From NCBI GenBank assembly GCA_050613775.1, contig JBODTK010000012.1, forward strand, positions 558,001-622,000: DNA of 64,000 nucleotides. The letters run 5' to 3'. Source of the stretch: Neocallimastix sp. 'constans'. Taxonomy: Eukaryota. Below, one piece after another: positions 45,153 to 60,800 of the stretch; the stretch's first letter is position 1, and each line of letters opens with the position of its first letter. The translations under genes were made by a program, and so were the position numbers. Under the pieces are notes generated by a model. It had not been told where the DNA came from. It made no database searches and saw only the letters and a program-made list of their open reading frames with translations.

Positions 45153-47415
45153 GAATACCATTTGAATAATTTATGAAAGCAAAAAAGAAGTAAATCAAAA
45201 ATAATAAAAAAAAAATTCAAAGTGAAACAAAAGAAAACAAACAAAAAAAAATCATAAGGAATAATAATAATTATTATTTCAAAATCTTTAATTTGATATT
45301 TTAATAAAAAAAAATAAGAAAATTGAAAGTAAATATTATAATTATTTAAAAGTTTGTATTTAAATTTAATAGTATTTCCTTTATTATTATTATTTTTTTT
45401 AAATATTAATATTAATGATTTAGAATGATAATTTTATGTATTAAAATTTACATTTTAATATAAATTTCAAATAAATAAAAAATAAATATATAATCAAATA
45501 GAAAATTTTACTTATTCTCATCATTTGAAGTGTTGATTGAATATTATTAGTGTTATAATAGTGAATTATAAATATATATTTTATGATTTTAAATAAAAGT
45601 TTATATAGTTTTATATAATTAAAATTTACTGATTGTATTGTTAATAGGAGTGAAAAATGTTATTAATAAAGTTATCAATCTTTATTAATAATTCGAAAAC
45701 TTTAATATAATGAATTATTAATATATAATAAAATGCATTATATTTGTTTATTATTAATGATAGTAATGATCTTTTTTTTTTATTATTATTTTGTCATATT
45801 TTATTATTTATTTATTACTCATTATTACTGTGGCGTATTATGAATAATGAATGTATTTATTAAAATTTTATGGCAATTTTATTTTTTTTTAATTTGGTTT
45901 TAAATCCATAGAATGCCATACAATTTTAAGATATTCTATATATAATCATAAATAAATATATAAATAATTATTATTTCAAAGAAATAATAATATATTCTAT
46001 TAAAAAAGAATTATAAAAAATTATTTTTATAATTGAATATTAATAAATTATATATAATTATTATTTATTTAATTATTATTTATTTTAATTATTAGAAAAC
46101 AAGCCACATATAAAATACGCCACATTGGGAAATTCACGATTGAGAAACGCACTAGATTCCCATAGACAGTGAATAACCAGACCTTCATTAATACACATAT
46201 ATGATCAGACAAAAATGAAAATCATTTTAAAGTATAAATTAAAAAAAGTTTAATTAAAAAAAATTGTTTAATTATACTTTATTTGTTAAATTAAATATTA
46301 GATTATGTATAAATCTAATTTTGGATTACACGTGATGGTTTTATTGATATATGGGACTTTTAAGTACTATTATTTTTACATAGTACAATTATATTATATT
46401 TTCTATCTTAGAAATTAAACAAGTTAACCTCCTTTTAATATTTACGTGAAGGATCGTTATTACTAAGATTATTTTACATATAAAAATTATAGTTTAATAA
46501 TAAACTAAATATAAAAAAATAATATATAGATAATATAACTAATAATATCAATTATATATATTTACTTTTAATATAATATATTTAATTATTATATTATATT
46601 ATATTATATTATATAAATTATTTATATATTTTTAATATAAACTTAAGATAAATATGAATATAAATTATATATAATAATATTATTATATAATATATTAAGA
46701 AGATATAATTACTTAATATATATTATAATAATAATCATAATATATTAGTGAATATTTAATAATAATAAATTATATGAATTAAAATTGACAGAAAAGAAAT
46801 AAATTATAATATTTACTTATTATTATTAAATATACTAATCTGTTTCAACATATGCTTTTATAACATTATTTATACAAAAAAAAAAAAAGTTGACATTTTT
46901 AATAATTCAAATTAAAGATTCAATTAATTGCATTATATAGAACGTGTTAATTATACATGATATTATCGTGGATATTCAAATTTATAAGGTACAATTTAAA
47001 GGACATTTACTTATAATAATAGAATGCATTCGTTATATAAAAAATTAATAAAATTAAAAAAAAAAAAATACACAAATAAATTATGTCAAAAAAAAAAAAT
47101 AAAGAGTACTATATTTTATTAAATTTTAATTTTTCAAAGTTGATTTATTTATTTATTTATTATTCTTTATTTTTTTTTTTTTTCAGATATAAATTATATG
47201 AGCATTTTTTTTTTAATAAAAATTTCCCCCCACTGAGGATAGACCATCTTAATTCTCGTGGAACCGAGGGTGATGAAAAAGAAATCAAACATTGTATAAT
47301 GAATGTTTTTGTTTTTAATACAATTGCTTATTGCATTTGTTTGTAATTATTATTATTTATTAAAGATAATGATTTTAAAAATTTTTAAGAAATAATATAA
47401 TTTTTCTTCCATGTA

Positions 47416-47460
<45 letters not shown>

Positions 47461-47727
47461 CTCATGTATTTACTATTTCTTCATGTATGAATCATTTATG
47501 TATAGTATTATAATGTTATATTTTATTATTTATTTCTTTTTTTTTTTATTTCTTGAATGGTTATGTAATTATTGTACCTTTTTTTATATATTCCTGTAGG
47601 AATTAATTCGTTCCATTTCATTTTAAATTTTTTAATATATTTTTGATATCTAATATCCATAACACTTTTTTATAAAAAATAATTTATATTTAATATTTTC
47701 ATTTCTACACCAATAATTATATAATTA

Positions 47728-47775
<48 letters not shown>

Positions 47776-47849
47776 TATCACTAGAGAACTATAATAAATT
47801 AAAACTCAATTTTATACAAAATTTTTTTACAAATGAAATTATTCACTAC

Positions 47850-47895
<46 letters not shown>

Positions 47896-48078
47896 TCATT
47901 GATTATAAATCCGAATGAAATGGAAAAAAAATATCTCCCAAAAAAAAAAAAAAAAAAAACAGCAAAGAATTTATTTTTATCCTTTATTATTTTTTTTTTT
48001 TTACTTCATTTATTAATTTTTTTATTTTATTTTTATTATTATTTTATTAATATAGATATACAATTTATTCTTTTTTTG

Positions 48079-48786
48079 TAAAATAAAATAAAATAAAATA
48101 AAATAAAATAAAATAAAATAAAATAAAATAAAATAAAATAAAATAAAATAAAATAAAATAAAATAAAATAAAATAAAATAAAATAAAATAAAATAAAATA
48201 AAATAAAATAAAATAAAATAAAATAAAATAAAATAAAATAAAATAAAATAAAATAAAATAAAATAAAATAAAATAAATAGTAGAATATTAAATATAAAGT
48301 ACAGATTGAATAAAATAAAATAAAATAAAATAAAATAAAATAAAATAAAATAAAATAAAATAAAAAAATAAAATAAAATAAAATAAAATAAAATAAAATA
48401 AAATAAAATAAAATAAAATAAAATAAAATAAAATAAAATAAAATAAAATAAAATAAAATAAAATAAAATAAAATAAAATAAAATAAAATAAAATAAAATA
48501 AAATAAAATAAAATAAAATAAAATAAAATAAAATAAAATAAAATAAAATAAAATAAAATAAAATAAAATAAAATAAAATAAAATAAATAAAATAAAATAA
48601 AATAAAATAAAATAAAATAAAATAAAATAAAATAAAATAAAATAAAATAAAATAAAATAAAATAAAATAAAATAAAATAAAATAAAATAAAATAAAATAA
48701 AATAAAATAAAATAAAATAAAATAAAATAAAATAAAATAAAATAAAATAAAATAAAATAAAATAAAATAAAATAAAATAAAATAAA

Positions 48787-48790
<4 letters not shown>
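48079..48790. repeat. (AAAAT)n microsatellite, ~710 bp
   Basis: Seen directly. Explains spurious ORF 48065-48868. Confidence 0.95.
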
Positions 48791-48820
<30 letters not shown>

Positions 48821-49070
48821 CCTGGTAAGAAAATTAAACAGTCTAATCAAATTTGCAAAGATAAACATGTCAATTTTCTCTCATAATAAATTCACATGTT
48901 TACTAAATAAATTTGAACATAATGATGACCTGGACTCTCTAAGATGTCGCAATGGTGAAAAAAATTCTTGTTACAGCAAATGAAGTAGATGATGGAATTC
49001 AAGGAATAATTCATAAAGATCTATAGGGTTCAGAATTCCATTTCTTTACTTACCTTTAGAAATTTTCTTA

Positions 49071-49117
<47 letters not shown>

Positions 49118-50052
49118 CATTTATTTGATAAAAGGATTAAAAATTTTAAATTTAGGAATAATTTATCTAATCTTCAAATGTTCTGTGATCTCTCCAAAGA
49201 ACATAAGGTTTTTTTTTTTTTGATTATATCATTAGTATTAATAGGAATATTAGAATAATTAAATTTAAAATTTTGATTCATTCCATTGTCAAACTTTTTT
49301 TAAAAAATAACGCTCAATGTGGTTGGTGTGGACTAAAGGAAATTTCTAACTTTTCTAAGAAAGGTTTTCCATAAAAGTTTAATTTGTTCTTCAGTTTTTG
49401 TTAAAACTTGATATTGTCTTATATAAACGTTCATAATCTTTTTTTATTAACTTAAAAAATTAGATAAAAAAAGAAAAATTAATATATTTAATTAAAGATA
49501 TTCTTATAAAAACTATTAAAATTAATTTCTTAATTTTATTTTATTCACTTGTGATATTTATTTGGTAAAATTTTAAATTCATTAAGTTTGTTAAGGACTT
49601 TTGCAGAAATTAAATAACGATAAGCTTCTGTAATATTTCTGTTACATATTTGCAAAAAGAAAATATATGATACTTTTATTAAATTTTTTTTCCTTGATAG
49701 AAATTATTATTTTTTGCATATTTTTTTTTTATTTGTTTGTTTTAATTTATATTAAATTAATATATAAATATTTGATTTCATATATTTTAGTTTTCTTTTT
49801 TAATTATATCTATGATTCTAAGGAAATTCTTATTTAGTTAATTAGAGAATAGTATTTAAATATTTTTGTTAAATTTATATTAAAAAAAAAAGAAAAAAAG
49901 ACTTTTTATTCTTATATTTTAAAAATATTTATGGTTAATCTAATTTTAAATCTTTCCTAAATTGATATTTTTTACATTTATTTTTTCCTTTATAAAAAAA
50001 ATTTGTATATAACTTTTTTAAATAATGTTAACATTTATAAAAAAATTTATCT

Positions 50053-50685
50053 TTAATTATGTTCTTGAATATAATCACCAATATAAGAAGCAATTATCAT
50101 TAATAGAGTTTCATCAGTAAAGATATTATTTTCTTTAACTCTAACAGTATAATCTTTATTTAAGTGACCCTTAGAGTATTCAGCTATCAAATCCCCTGAC
50201 ATTGTTTTCACTTCACCTTGTCTACAATCAAAATCGAATTTAGCAGTACCAACTTGTGTATCATTTACATATAAATCATATGTATCCCCTATTAATTGAT
50301 GATTTCCTTCCATATCACATAATATTTCATTTGTTATTTTAGATTGAATAATATGATTGTTTTTGGATAAATATTTATTTTTATCATCAGTATACATTAT
50401 TTCTTTATGATTCTGTCTCTCGTCATATAATTTCAATGGATTTACAAAAGCTTTTAATGTACCCGCTTCTATTATATAAAGTAATTCCTCTTTTGGAGTT
50501 ACTGAATATACTTGTACTTTTGAATTTAATGAAAAATTAATGAAATTGCATCTATATTCAGAATTAGCATTAATTTTACTTTCTTTACTAGAAGTCATCA
50601 ACACATAACATATATATGCTAGTATTATAATTATTAATAGAAAACAATAACATTTACCAAAATCAATTCTTTGATTATTTGACAT
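50053..50685 (-). CDS. LURP-one-related/tubby-C-like beta-barrel protein with N-terminal TM anchor, paralogue A
   Basis: Intronless 210 aa with a hydrophobic N-terminal helix, repeated beta-hairpin patterns (GDLIAEY.K....DYTVRV) and a C-terminal hydrophobic helix (DETLLMIIASYI) typical of LOR/scramblase folds. Family assigned by eye. Confidence 0.72.
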   Translation of the reverse strand: MSNNQRIDFGKCYCFLLIIIILAYICYVLMTSSKESKINANSEYRCNFINFSLNSKVQVYSVTPKEELLYIIEAGTLKAFVNPLKLYDERQNHKEIMYTDDKNKYLSKNNHIIQSKITNEILCDMEGNHQLIGDTYDLYVNDTQVGTAKFDFDCRQGEVKTMSGDLIAEYSKGHLNKDYTVRVKENNIFTDETLLMIIASYIGDYIQEHN

Positions 50686-51150
50686 TTTCTTTGTTTTTTT
50701 TTTTTTATTTATATTTTTTTTTTTTTTTTTACTTTTTTTTATTTATATTTTTTTTTTTTTTTATTTATATATTTTTTTTTATTTATATATTTTTATTTAT
50801 AAAAAATATATATATATATATAATTTAAAAAATTTTTAAAATTTTTGTTAAGAAAATTGTATATATTTAACTTTTCTATATAAAAATATTGAATTCTAAA
50901 GATGAAATGACATATTGTACCACGTATGACAAAAATATTAATTTATTGGAGTAAACTTTAATTATTATTCTTCACAATTAGTAATATTTGATAATTTTAG
51001 ATAAGCCTAACTATTCAGTAAAATCAGTAAAACACGCACAAAAAAAAAAAAAAAGAACATTTAATAAAAAGCTTATTTAATATATAAATTTAAAATTTTT
51101 GTAATTTTAAATTTATATTGTTGGAATTAATTTATTAAATTTTTTAAAGT

Positions 51151-51218
<68 letters not shown>

Positions 51219-51592
51219 TTTTAATTTTATTATTATGATTACATATATTTTATTAAAGTACTTGAATATGCATATAAAACTATCTTACAACTTTCTCACA
51301 CACTTTCTTTTAATTTAGAGAAATATTTTATTTTTATGTTTTTATGTTTAAATAATATAAATATTAATAATTATTAATTAAGGAAAATTTAATAACTATA
51401 TAATTATATAGCATTGATTTATAAAATTTATTATTTATTATTATACTATTTTTAAGTATAAAAATCAAGTCATTTATAAAGAACATTATAAAATCATTTG
51501 ATTTAAATTTGTTTTTATGACATTAATTTTTATTTGAATAATAAATTTTATTTTATATTAATTAAGGTTTGAATATTTGAATGTTTTATCTA

Positions 51593-51623
<31 letters not shown>

Positions 51624-52065
51624 AATTATAAAAAATATTATTTATAATAAAATTTAAAATTTAATTAAAATTTCCCAATTTTTCTGAAAAATTGGAATAA
51701 AAAAATTATCAAATATAAAATTACACCAAAAAAATATTAAAACAAAATTCATCATATTTAACTGAATTTTTTTATTTTCTATTTAAAAAAAAGAAATATA
51801 TATATATATTTCATAAAAATAAGAAATTTAAATATTAAATATATTAATATTAATACATTATATGTTATTATTTTATTTTTATTAATACATTATACGTTAT
51901 TATCTTATTATTAACTATTATTTTGATAAATCTTTTTTATGAACTTTTTTTTTAATAAATTGTTTAATATTTTAAATAATTAAAGATTAAAATCTATCAA
52001 TTCATTAAAACATTGAATTAAAGAAAAAAAAAAAAATATATATATATATATATATAATATAAATT

Positions 52066-52110
<45 letters not shown>

Positions 52111-52299
52111 AAAAAGTTATTTAAAAAATAAAAAATTTTTTTTTCTTAATTGTAATCTTTTTTCTTTCACATATTTTTAATAATATCTTGAATTAATAGG
52201 ACATTTTTTCTTTAATACATAATAATTACTAAAGAAAATATATCTTTATAATTATTAGAATTTGAAATATTTAATAATAGTATTGTAAAAAAAATTATT

Positions 52300-54150
<1,851 letters not shown>

Positions 54151-54670
54151 AAAAAATTTAAATATTTATTAAATAATAAGTTATTTTATTTAATATAAAT
54201 CATGTATTTTATACATTTATATAATTATTTCAAAAATTTTAAATCAAAATTATTTAATAAAAAGGTTTTTATTTATTATTTAATTATTTAATAAAGAAAG
54301 AATTATAAATATATTAATACTTTTGCTCTTTAGATTTATAAAAACGTTAATATAATTAAAATAATATTAAAACAGAGATTAATAGAAATAAATGAAAATA
54401 TATCAAAATTGAATATTAATAAATAAAAGAAAAAATATATGATTATTAAAATATATATTTTTTTTAATATATTTATTTACATAATACTTTTTGTTTTTAA
54501 ATTTTTTTATATTTAATATTTTTTTTTAAAAAAAGAAAACAAAAATAAAAAAAAAATTTTATTACTATATTCATTCTAGTTAAAATGGATAATATATATT
54601 ATTTAATGTTTTTTTAAAAAAAAAAAATCTCAAAAATAAGACAATATAGTATAAAAATAAATAAATAAAT

Positions 54671-56182
54671 AAATATTTAATTGACCAGGGAGCAAATGTA
54701 AATAAGAAGAATGAAATAAAAGGTTACACTCCATTAATGATTGCATGCAGTCAGGAAAGTGAAACGAATTTAAATGAAACTAATTTAACGATTGTAAAAT
54801 ATTTAGTGGAACATGGAGCAGATATTAATATGGTTAATAATAAAACAGAGGATACTTCTTTGATTATTGCATGTAAAGTTGGTAATCAAGCTATAGTCAA
54901 ATATTTAGTGGAAAAAGGGGCTAAAATTAATTATAAAAATGAAAAAGGATGTGTAACCCCATTAGTTGCTGCATGTCATCATGGAAATGTTACAACTGTA
55001 AAATATTTATTTGAACATGGAGCTAAAGTAAATTTGAAAACGGAATATGGAGATACCCCATTACATGTTGCATGCAGAAATGGAAATGAAGCTTTAGTAA
55101 AATTTTTAATTAATCATAAAGCAGATACTAATATTGAAAATAAAACAGGAGATACTTCATTAACAATTGCATGTTTAAAGGATAATCAAAAATTAGTAAA
55201 ACTGTTAATCGATAGTAAAGCTAAAATCAATAGTAAAAACAAAAATGGTGATTCTCCCTTAACAATTGCTTGTGGCAATGGTAATGAAAATATTATAAAA
55301 TATTTAATTGAACATAAAGCCGAAATCAATACTGAAAATAAAAATGGTTATACGCCATTGATAAGAGCTTGTTATAAAGAAAATGAAAAAATAATAAAGT
55401 ATTTAATAGATCATGGAGCCGACGTTAATAAGAGTAATGTTGATCCTCCATTAAATATTTCCATTCGCTTTGGAAATGAAACAATAGTAAAATATTTAGT
55501 TGATCATGGAGCTAATGTTAATTTGGAAAATAGGAATGGTTGTACTCCTTTAATTGATGCATGTTATAAAGGAAATGAGGGTATTGTAAAATTATTAATT
55601 GATAATAAAGCAGATGTAAATATAAAATGTAAAACTGGAGAAACAGCTTTAACTGTTGCTTGTAAGGAAGGAAATGAAATAATAGTTAAATATTTAGTAG
55701 ATCATGGTGCTAATGTTAATATAACCGATAAAAATGGACTTACTCCATTAATTATTTCCTGTATTGAAGGATCTAAATCTACATCAAAACATTTGGCTAG
55801 AGGAAAATCCCTCAAAAATAAATTAATTAAAGTGGATTTAACTAATATTAAAAATAACAATCCTGATAATATTAAAAATAATAAAAACAATAAAAATAGT
55901 AATACCAATAATAATATGCTTAAATCTGGCCCATCTCCTATACCTACCTGGGATGAGGTTAATAAAGTTAAAGATATGAAATCCTCAAATTCAAAGATTT
56001 TAAATATTATTAGTGAAGAAAATAAAAATATTATAAAATATTTAGTTGATCATGGAGCTGATGTAAATGCAAAAAGCAAAAATGGAGATACGCCATTAAC
56101 AATTTCATGTAGGAATGGAAATGGATATATTGTAAAATATTTACTTGAAGGACCGTTATTACTAAGATTATTTTACATATAA
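54671..56182 (+). CDS. Ankyrin-repeat protein (~12 repeats); 5' end unclear, 3' end truncated at the duplication junction
   Basis: Repeated TPL..AC..GN..IVKYLV.HGA.VN. The frame is ANK-like from 54671 (KYLIDQGANVN). The last repeat runs into duplicated non-coding DNA (KYLLEG-PLLLRLFYI*). Confidence 0.85.
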   Translation, partial: KYLIDQGANVNKKNEIKGYTPLMIACSQESETNLNETNLTIVKYLVEHGADINMVNNKTEDTSLIIACKVGNQAIVKYLVEKGAKINYKNEKGCVTPLVAACHHGNVTTVKYLFEHGAKVNLKTEYGDTPLHVACRNGNEALVKFLINHKADTNIENKTGDTSLTIACLKDNQKLVKLLIDSKAKINSKNKNGDSPLTIACGNGNENIIKYLIEHKAEINTENKNGYTPLIRACYKENEKIIKYLIDHGADVNKSNVDPPLNISIRFGNETIVKYLVDHGANVNLENRNGCTPLIDACYKGNEGIVKLLIDNKADVNIKCKTGETALTVACKEGNEIIVKYLVDHGANVNITDKNGLTPLIISCIEGSKSTSKHLARGKSLKNKLIKVDLTNIKNNNPDNIKNNKNNKNSNTNNNMLKSGPSPIPTWDEVNKVKDMKSSNSKILNIISEENKNIIKYLVDHGADVNAKSKNGDTPLTISCRNGNGYIVKYLLEGPLLLRLFYI

Positions 56183-56988
56183 AAATTATAGTTTAATAAT
56201 AAACTAAATATAAAAAAATAATATATGGATAATATAACTAATAATACAATTATATATATTTAATTTAAATATAATATATTTAATTATAATTATTATATTA
56301 TATTATATTATATTATATTATATTATATTATATTATATTATATTATATTATATTATATTATATTATATTATATTATATTATATTATATTATATTATATTA
56401 TATTATATTATATTATATTATATTATATTATATTATATTATATTATATTATATTATATTATATTATATTATATTATATTATATTATATTATATTATATTA
56501 TATTATATAAATTATTTATATATTTTTAATATAAACTTAAGATAAATATGAATATAAATTATATATAATAATATTATTATATAATATATTAAGAAGATAT
56601 AATTATTTAATATATATTATAATAATAATTATAATATAATAGTGAATATTTAATAATAATAAATTATATGAATTAAAATTGACAGAAAAGAAATAAATTA
56701 TAATATTTACTTATTATTATTAAATATACTAATCTGTTTCAACATATGCTTTTATAACATTATTTATACAAAAAAAAAAAAAAAAAAAAAAGTTGACATT
56801 TTTAATAATTCAAATTAAAGATTCAATTAATTGCATTATATGGAACGTGTTAATTATACATGATATTATCGTGGATATTCAAATTTATAAGGTACAATTT
56901 AAAGGACATTTACTTATAATAATAGAATGCATTCGTTATATAAAAAATTAATAAAATTAAAAAAAAAAAATACACAAATAAATTATGT

Positions 56989-57028
<40 letters not shown>

Positions 57029-57343
57029 AAGAGTATTATATTTTATTAAATTTTAATTTTTCAAAGTTGATTTATTTATTTATTTACTATTCTTTATTTT
57101 TTTTTTTCAGATATAAATTATATGAGCATTTTTTTTTTTTTAATTAAAAATTTCCCCCTACTGAGGATAGACCATCTTAATTCTCGTGGAACCGAGGGTG
57201 ATGAAAAAGAAATCAAACATTGCATAATGAATGTTTTTGTTTTTGATACAATTGCTTATTGCATTTGTTTGTAATTATTATTATTTATTAAAGATAATGA
57301 TTTTAAAAATTTTTAAGAAATAATATAATTTTTCTTCCATGTA

Positions 57344-57390
<47 letters not shown>

Positions 57391-57608
57391 CTCATGTATT
57401 TACTATTTCTTCATGTATGAATCATTCATGTATAGTATTATAATGTTATATTTTATTATTTATTTCTTTTTTTTTTTATTTCTTGAATGGTTATGTAATT
57501 ATTGTACCTTTTTTTATATATTCCTGTAGGAATTAATTCGTTCCATTTCATTTTAAATTTTTTAATATATTTTTGATATCTAATATCCATAACACTTTTA
57601 TATAATTA

Positions 57609-57653
<45 letters not shown>

Positions 57654-57785
57654 TATCACTAGAGAACTATAATAAATTAAAACTCAATTTTATACAAAAT
57701 TTTTTTACAAATGAAATTATTCACTACCAATTTTTTTTTTTTTTTTTTTTTTTTTTGTCATTGATTATAAATCCGAATGAAATGG

Positions 57786-57839
<54 letters not shown>

Positions 57840-59386
57840 AGCAAAGAATTTATTTTTATCCTTTATTATTTTTTTTTTTTTACTTCATTTATTAATTTTT
57901 TTATTTTATTTTTATTATTATTTTATTAATATAGATATGGTTGATAACCAGTTTACTTGGTCTAATAGTGAAAAGAATTCTTGTATTAACAGTTTGTTAA
58001 ATGATAAATTAAAAGATTGGCTGAATATTGATTCTATATGCAACTCTTTTAATGATATCTCTGACCGTTTACAATTTATTCTTTTTTTGTAAAATAAAAT
58101 AAAATAAAATAAAATAAAATAAAATAAAATAAAAAAAAAAAAAAAATCTCCTGGTAAGAAAATTAAACAGTCTAATCAAATTTGCAAAGATAAACATGTC
58201 AATTTTCTCTCATAATAAATTCACATGTTTACTAAATAAATTTGAAAATAATGATGACCTGGACTCTCTAAGATGTCGCAATGGTGAAAAAAATTCTTGT
58301 TACAGCAAATGAAGTAGATGATGGAATTCAAGGAATAATTCATAAAGATCTATAGGGTTCAGAATTCCATTTCTTTACTTACCTTTAGAAATTTTCTTAT
58401 GAAAAAAAAAAAAAAAAAAAAAGCATTTATTTGATAAAAGGATTAAAAATTTTAAATTTAAAAATAATTTATCTAATCTTCAAATGTTCTGTGATCTCTC
58501 CAAAGAACATAAGGTTTTTTTTTTTTTTTTTTTTTTTGATTATATCATTAGTATTAATAAGAATATTAGAATAATTAAATTTAAAATTTTGATTCATTCC
58601 ATTGTCAAACTTTTTTTAAAAAATAACGCTCAATGTGGTTGGTGTGGACTAAAGGAAATTTCTAACTTTTCTAAGAAAGGTTTTCCATAAAAGTTTAATT
58701 TGTTCTTCAGTTTTTGTTAAAACTTGATATTGTCTTATTTAAACGTTCATAATCTTTTTTAATTAACTTAAAAAATTAGATAAAAAAAGAAAAATTAATA
58801 TATTTAATTAAAAATATTCTTATAAAAACTATTAAAATTAATTTCTTAATTTTATTTTATTCACTTGTGATATTTATTTGGTAAAATTTTAAATTCATTA
58901 AGTTTGTTAAGGACTTTTGCAGAAATTAAATAACGATAAGCTTCTGTAATATTTCTGTTACATATTTGCAAAAAGAAAATATATGATACGTTTATTAAAT
59001 TTTTTTTTCTTGATAGAAATTATTATTTTTTGCATATTTTTTTTTATTTATTTGTTTTAATTTATATTTAATTAACATATTAATATTCGATATATTATAG
59101 TTTTCTTTTTTAATTATTTCTATGATTCTAAGGAAATTCTTATTCATTTAGTTAATTAGAGAATAGTATTTAAATATTTTTGTTCAATTTATATTAAAAA
59201 AAAAGAAAAAAAGACTTTTTGTTCTTATATTTTAAAAATATTTATGATTAATCTAACTTCAAATCTTTCCTAAATTGATTTCAAATATTTTTTATATTTA
59301 CTTTTTCCTTTATAAAAAAAATTTGTATATAACTTTTTTAAATAATGTTAATATTTATAAAAAATTTATCTTTAATTATTTTTCTT

Positions 59387-60037
59387 TTAATTGCCATGTT
59401 CACAATCACAAATATAAGCAGCAATTATCATTAATAGAGTTTCATCAGTAAAGATATTATTTCCTTTTTTAACTCTAACAGTATAATCTTTCCTAAAGTA
59501 AGCCTTATAGTATTCAGCTATCAAATCCCCTGACATTGTTTTCACTTCACCTTGTTTATTTTCAGAATGAAATTTAGCAGTACCAACTTGTGTATCATTT
59601 ACATATAAATCATATGTATCCCCTATAAATTGATAATGTCCTTCCATATCACATAATATTTCATTTGTTATTTTAGATTGAATAATATGAGTGTTTCTGG
59701 AGAAATAATTATATTTATCACCAGCATACATTATTTCTTTATGATTCTGTCTCTCGTCATATAATGTCAATGGATTTGTAAAAGCTTTTAATATATCCCC
59801 TTCTATTGTATAAAGTAATTCCTCTTTTGGAGTTACTGAATATACCTGTATTTTTGTATTTGCTGAAAAATTAATGTAATCACATCTATATTCAGTTTTA
59901 GCTTTAATATTACTTTCATTATTAGAAAATATCAACATATAACATATATGTCCTAGTATTACAATTGTTGTTAGAAAGCAACAACAATAACTAAGTATAT
60001 TACAAATTTCATCACCATATTTTTTTAGTATTTTCAT
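59387..60037 (-). CDS. LURP-one-related/tubby-C-like protein, paralogue B
   Basis: 216 aa, collinear with 50053-50685. Confidence 0.72.
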   Translation of the reverse strand: MKILKKYGDEICNILSYCCCFLTTIVILGHICYMLIFSNNESNIKAKTEYRCDYINFSANTKIQVYSVTPKEELLYTIEGDILKAFTNPLTLYDERQNHKEIMYAGDKYNYFSRNTHIIQSKITNEILCDMEGHYQFIGDTYDLYVNDTQVGTAKFHSENKQGEVKTMSGDLIAEYYKAYFRKDYTVRVKKGNNIFTDETLLMIIAAYICDCEHGN

Positions 60038-60495
60038 TGTTTTTTTTTTTATATTTTTTTTTATATTTTTTTTTATATTTTTTTTTTATTTATATTTTTT
60101 TTTATTTATATTTTTTTTTATTTATATTTTTTTTTTAATTTATATTTTTTTTTTTTTTATTTATATATATTTTTTTTTATTTAACTTTTCTATATAAAAA
60201 TATTGAAATTCTAAAGATGAAATGATCATATTGTACCACGTATGACAAAAATATTAATTTATTGGAGTAAACTGTAATTATTATTCTTCACAATTAGTAA
60301 TATTTGATAATTTTAGATAAGCCTAACTATTCAGTAAAACCAGTAAAACACGCACAAAAAAAAAAAAAAAGAACATTTAATAAAAAGCTTATTTAATATA
60401 TAAATTTAAAATTTTTGTAATTTTAAATTTATATTGTTGGAATTAATTTATTAAATTTTTTAAAGTATTATTTATTTATTTATTTATTTATTTGT

Positions 60496-60530
<35 letters not shown>

Positions 60531-60800
60531 TTTTAATTTTATTATTATGATTACATATATTTTATTAAAGTACTTGAATATGCATATAAAACTATCTTAC
60601 AACTTTCTCACACACTTTCTTTTAATTTAGAGAAATTTTTTATTTTTATGTTTTTATGTTTAAATAATATAAATATTAATAATTATTAATTAAGGAAAAT
60701 TTAATAACTGTATAATTATATAGCATTGATTTATAAAATTTATTATTTATTATTATACTATTTTTAAGTATAAAAATCAAGTCATTTATAAAGAACATTA

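Larger units (their letters stand above)
46437..51785 (+). repeat. Segmental duplication, copy 1 (part matched within the window)
   Basis: Collinear and near-identical to 56136-64000, apart from microsatellite lengths, small indels, the LURP ORF and an LTR insertion. Confidence 0.95.

Noticed and set aside
44843..45244. Antisense and alternative-frame ORFs over the 87-aa gene (similarly 659-841, 13116-13346, 40319-41346, 55702-55908)
   Set aside because: Shadow ORFs produced by codon bias of the real frame.
46328..46333. CACGTG (Pho4-type E-box)
   Set aside because: A single hexamer, more than 10 kb from the cyclin start.
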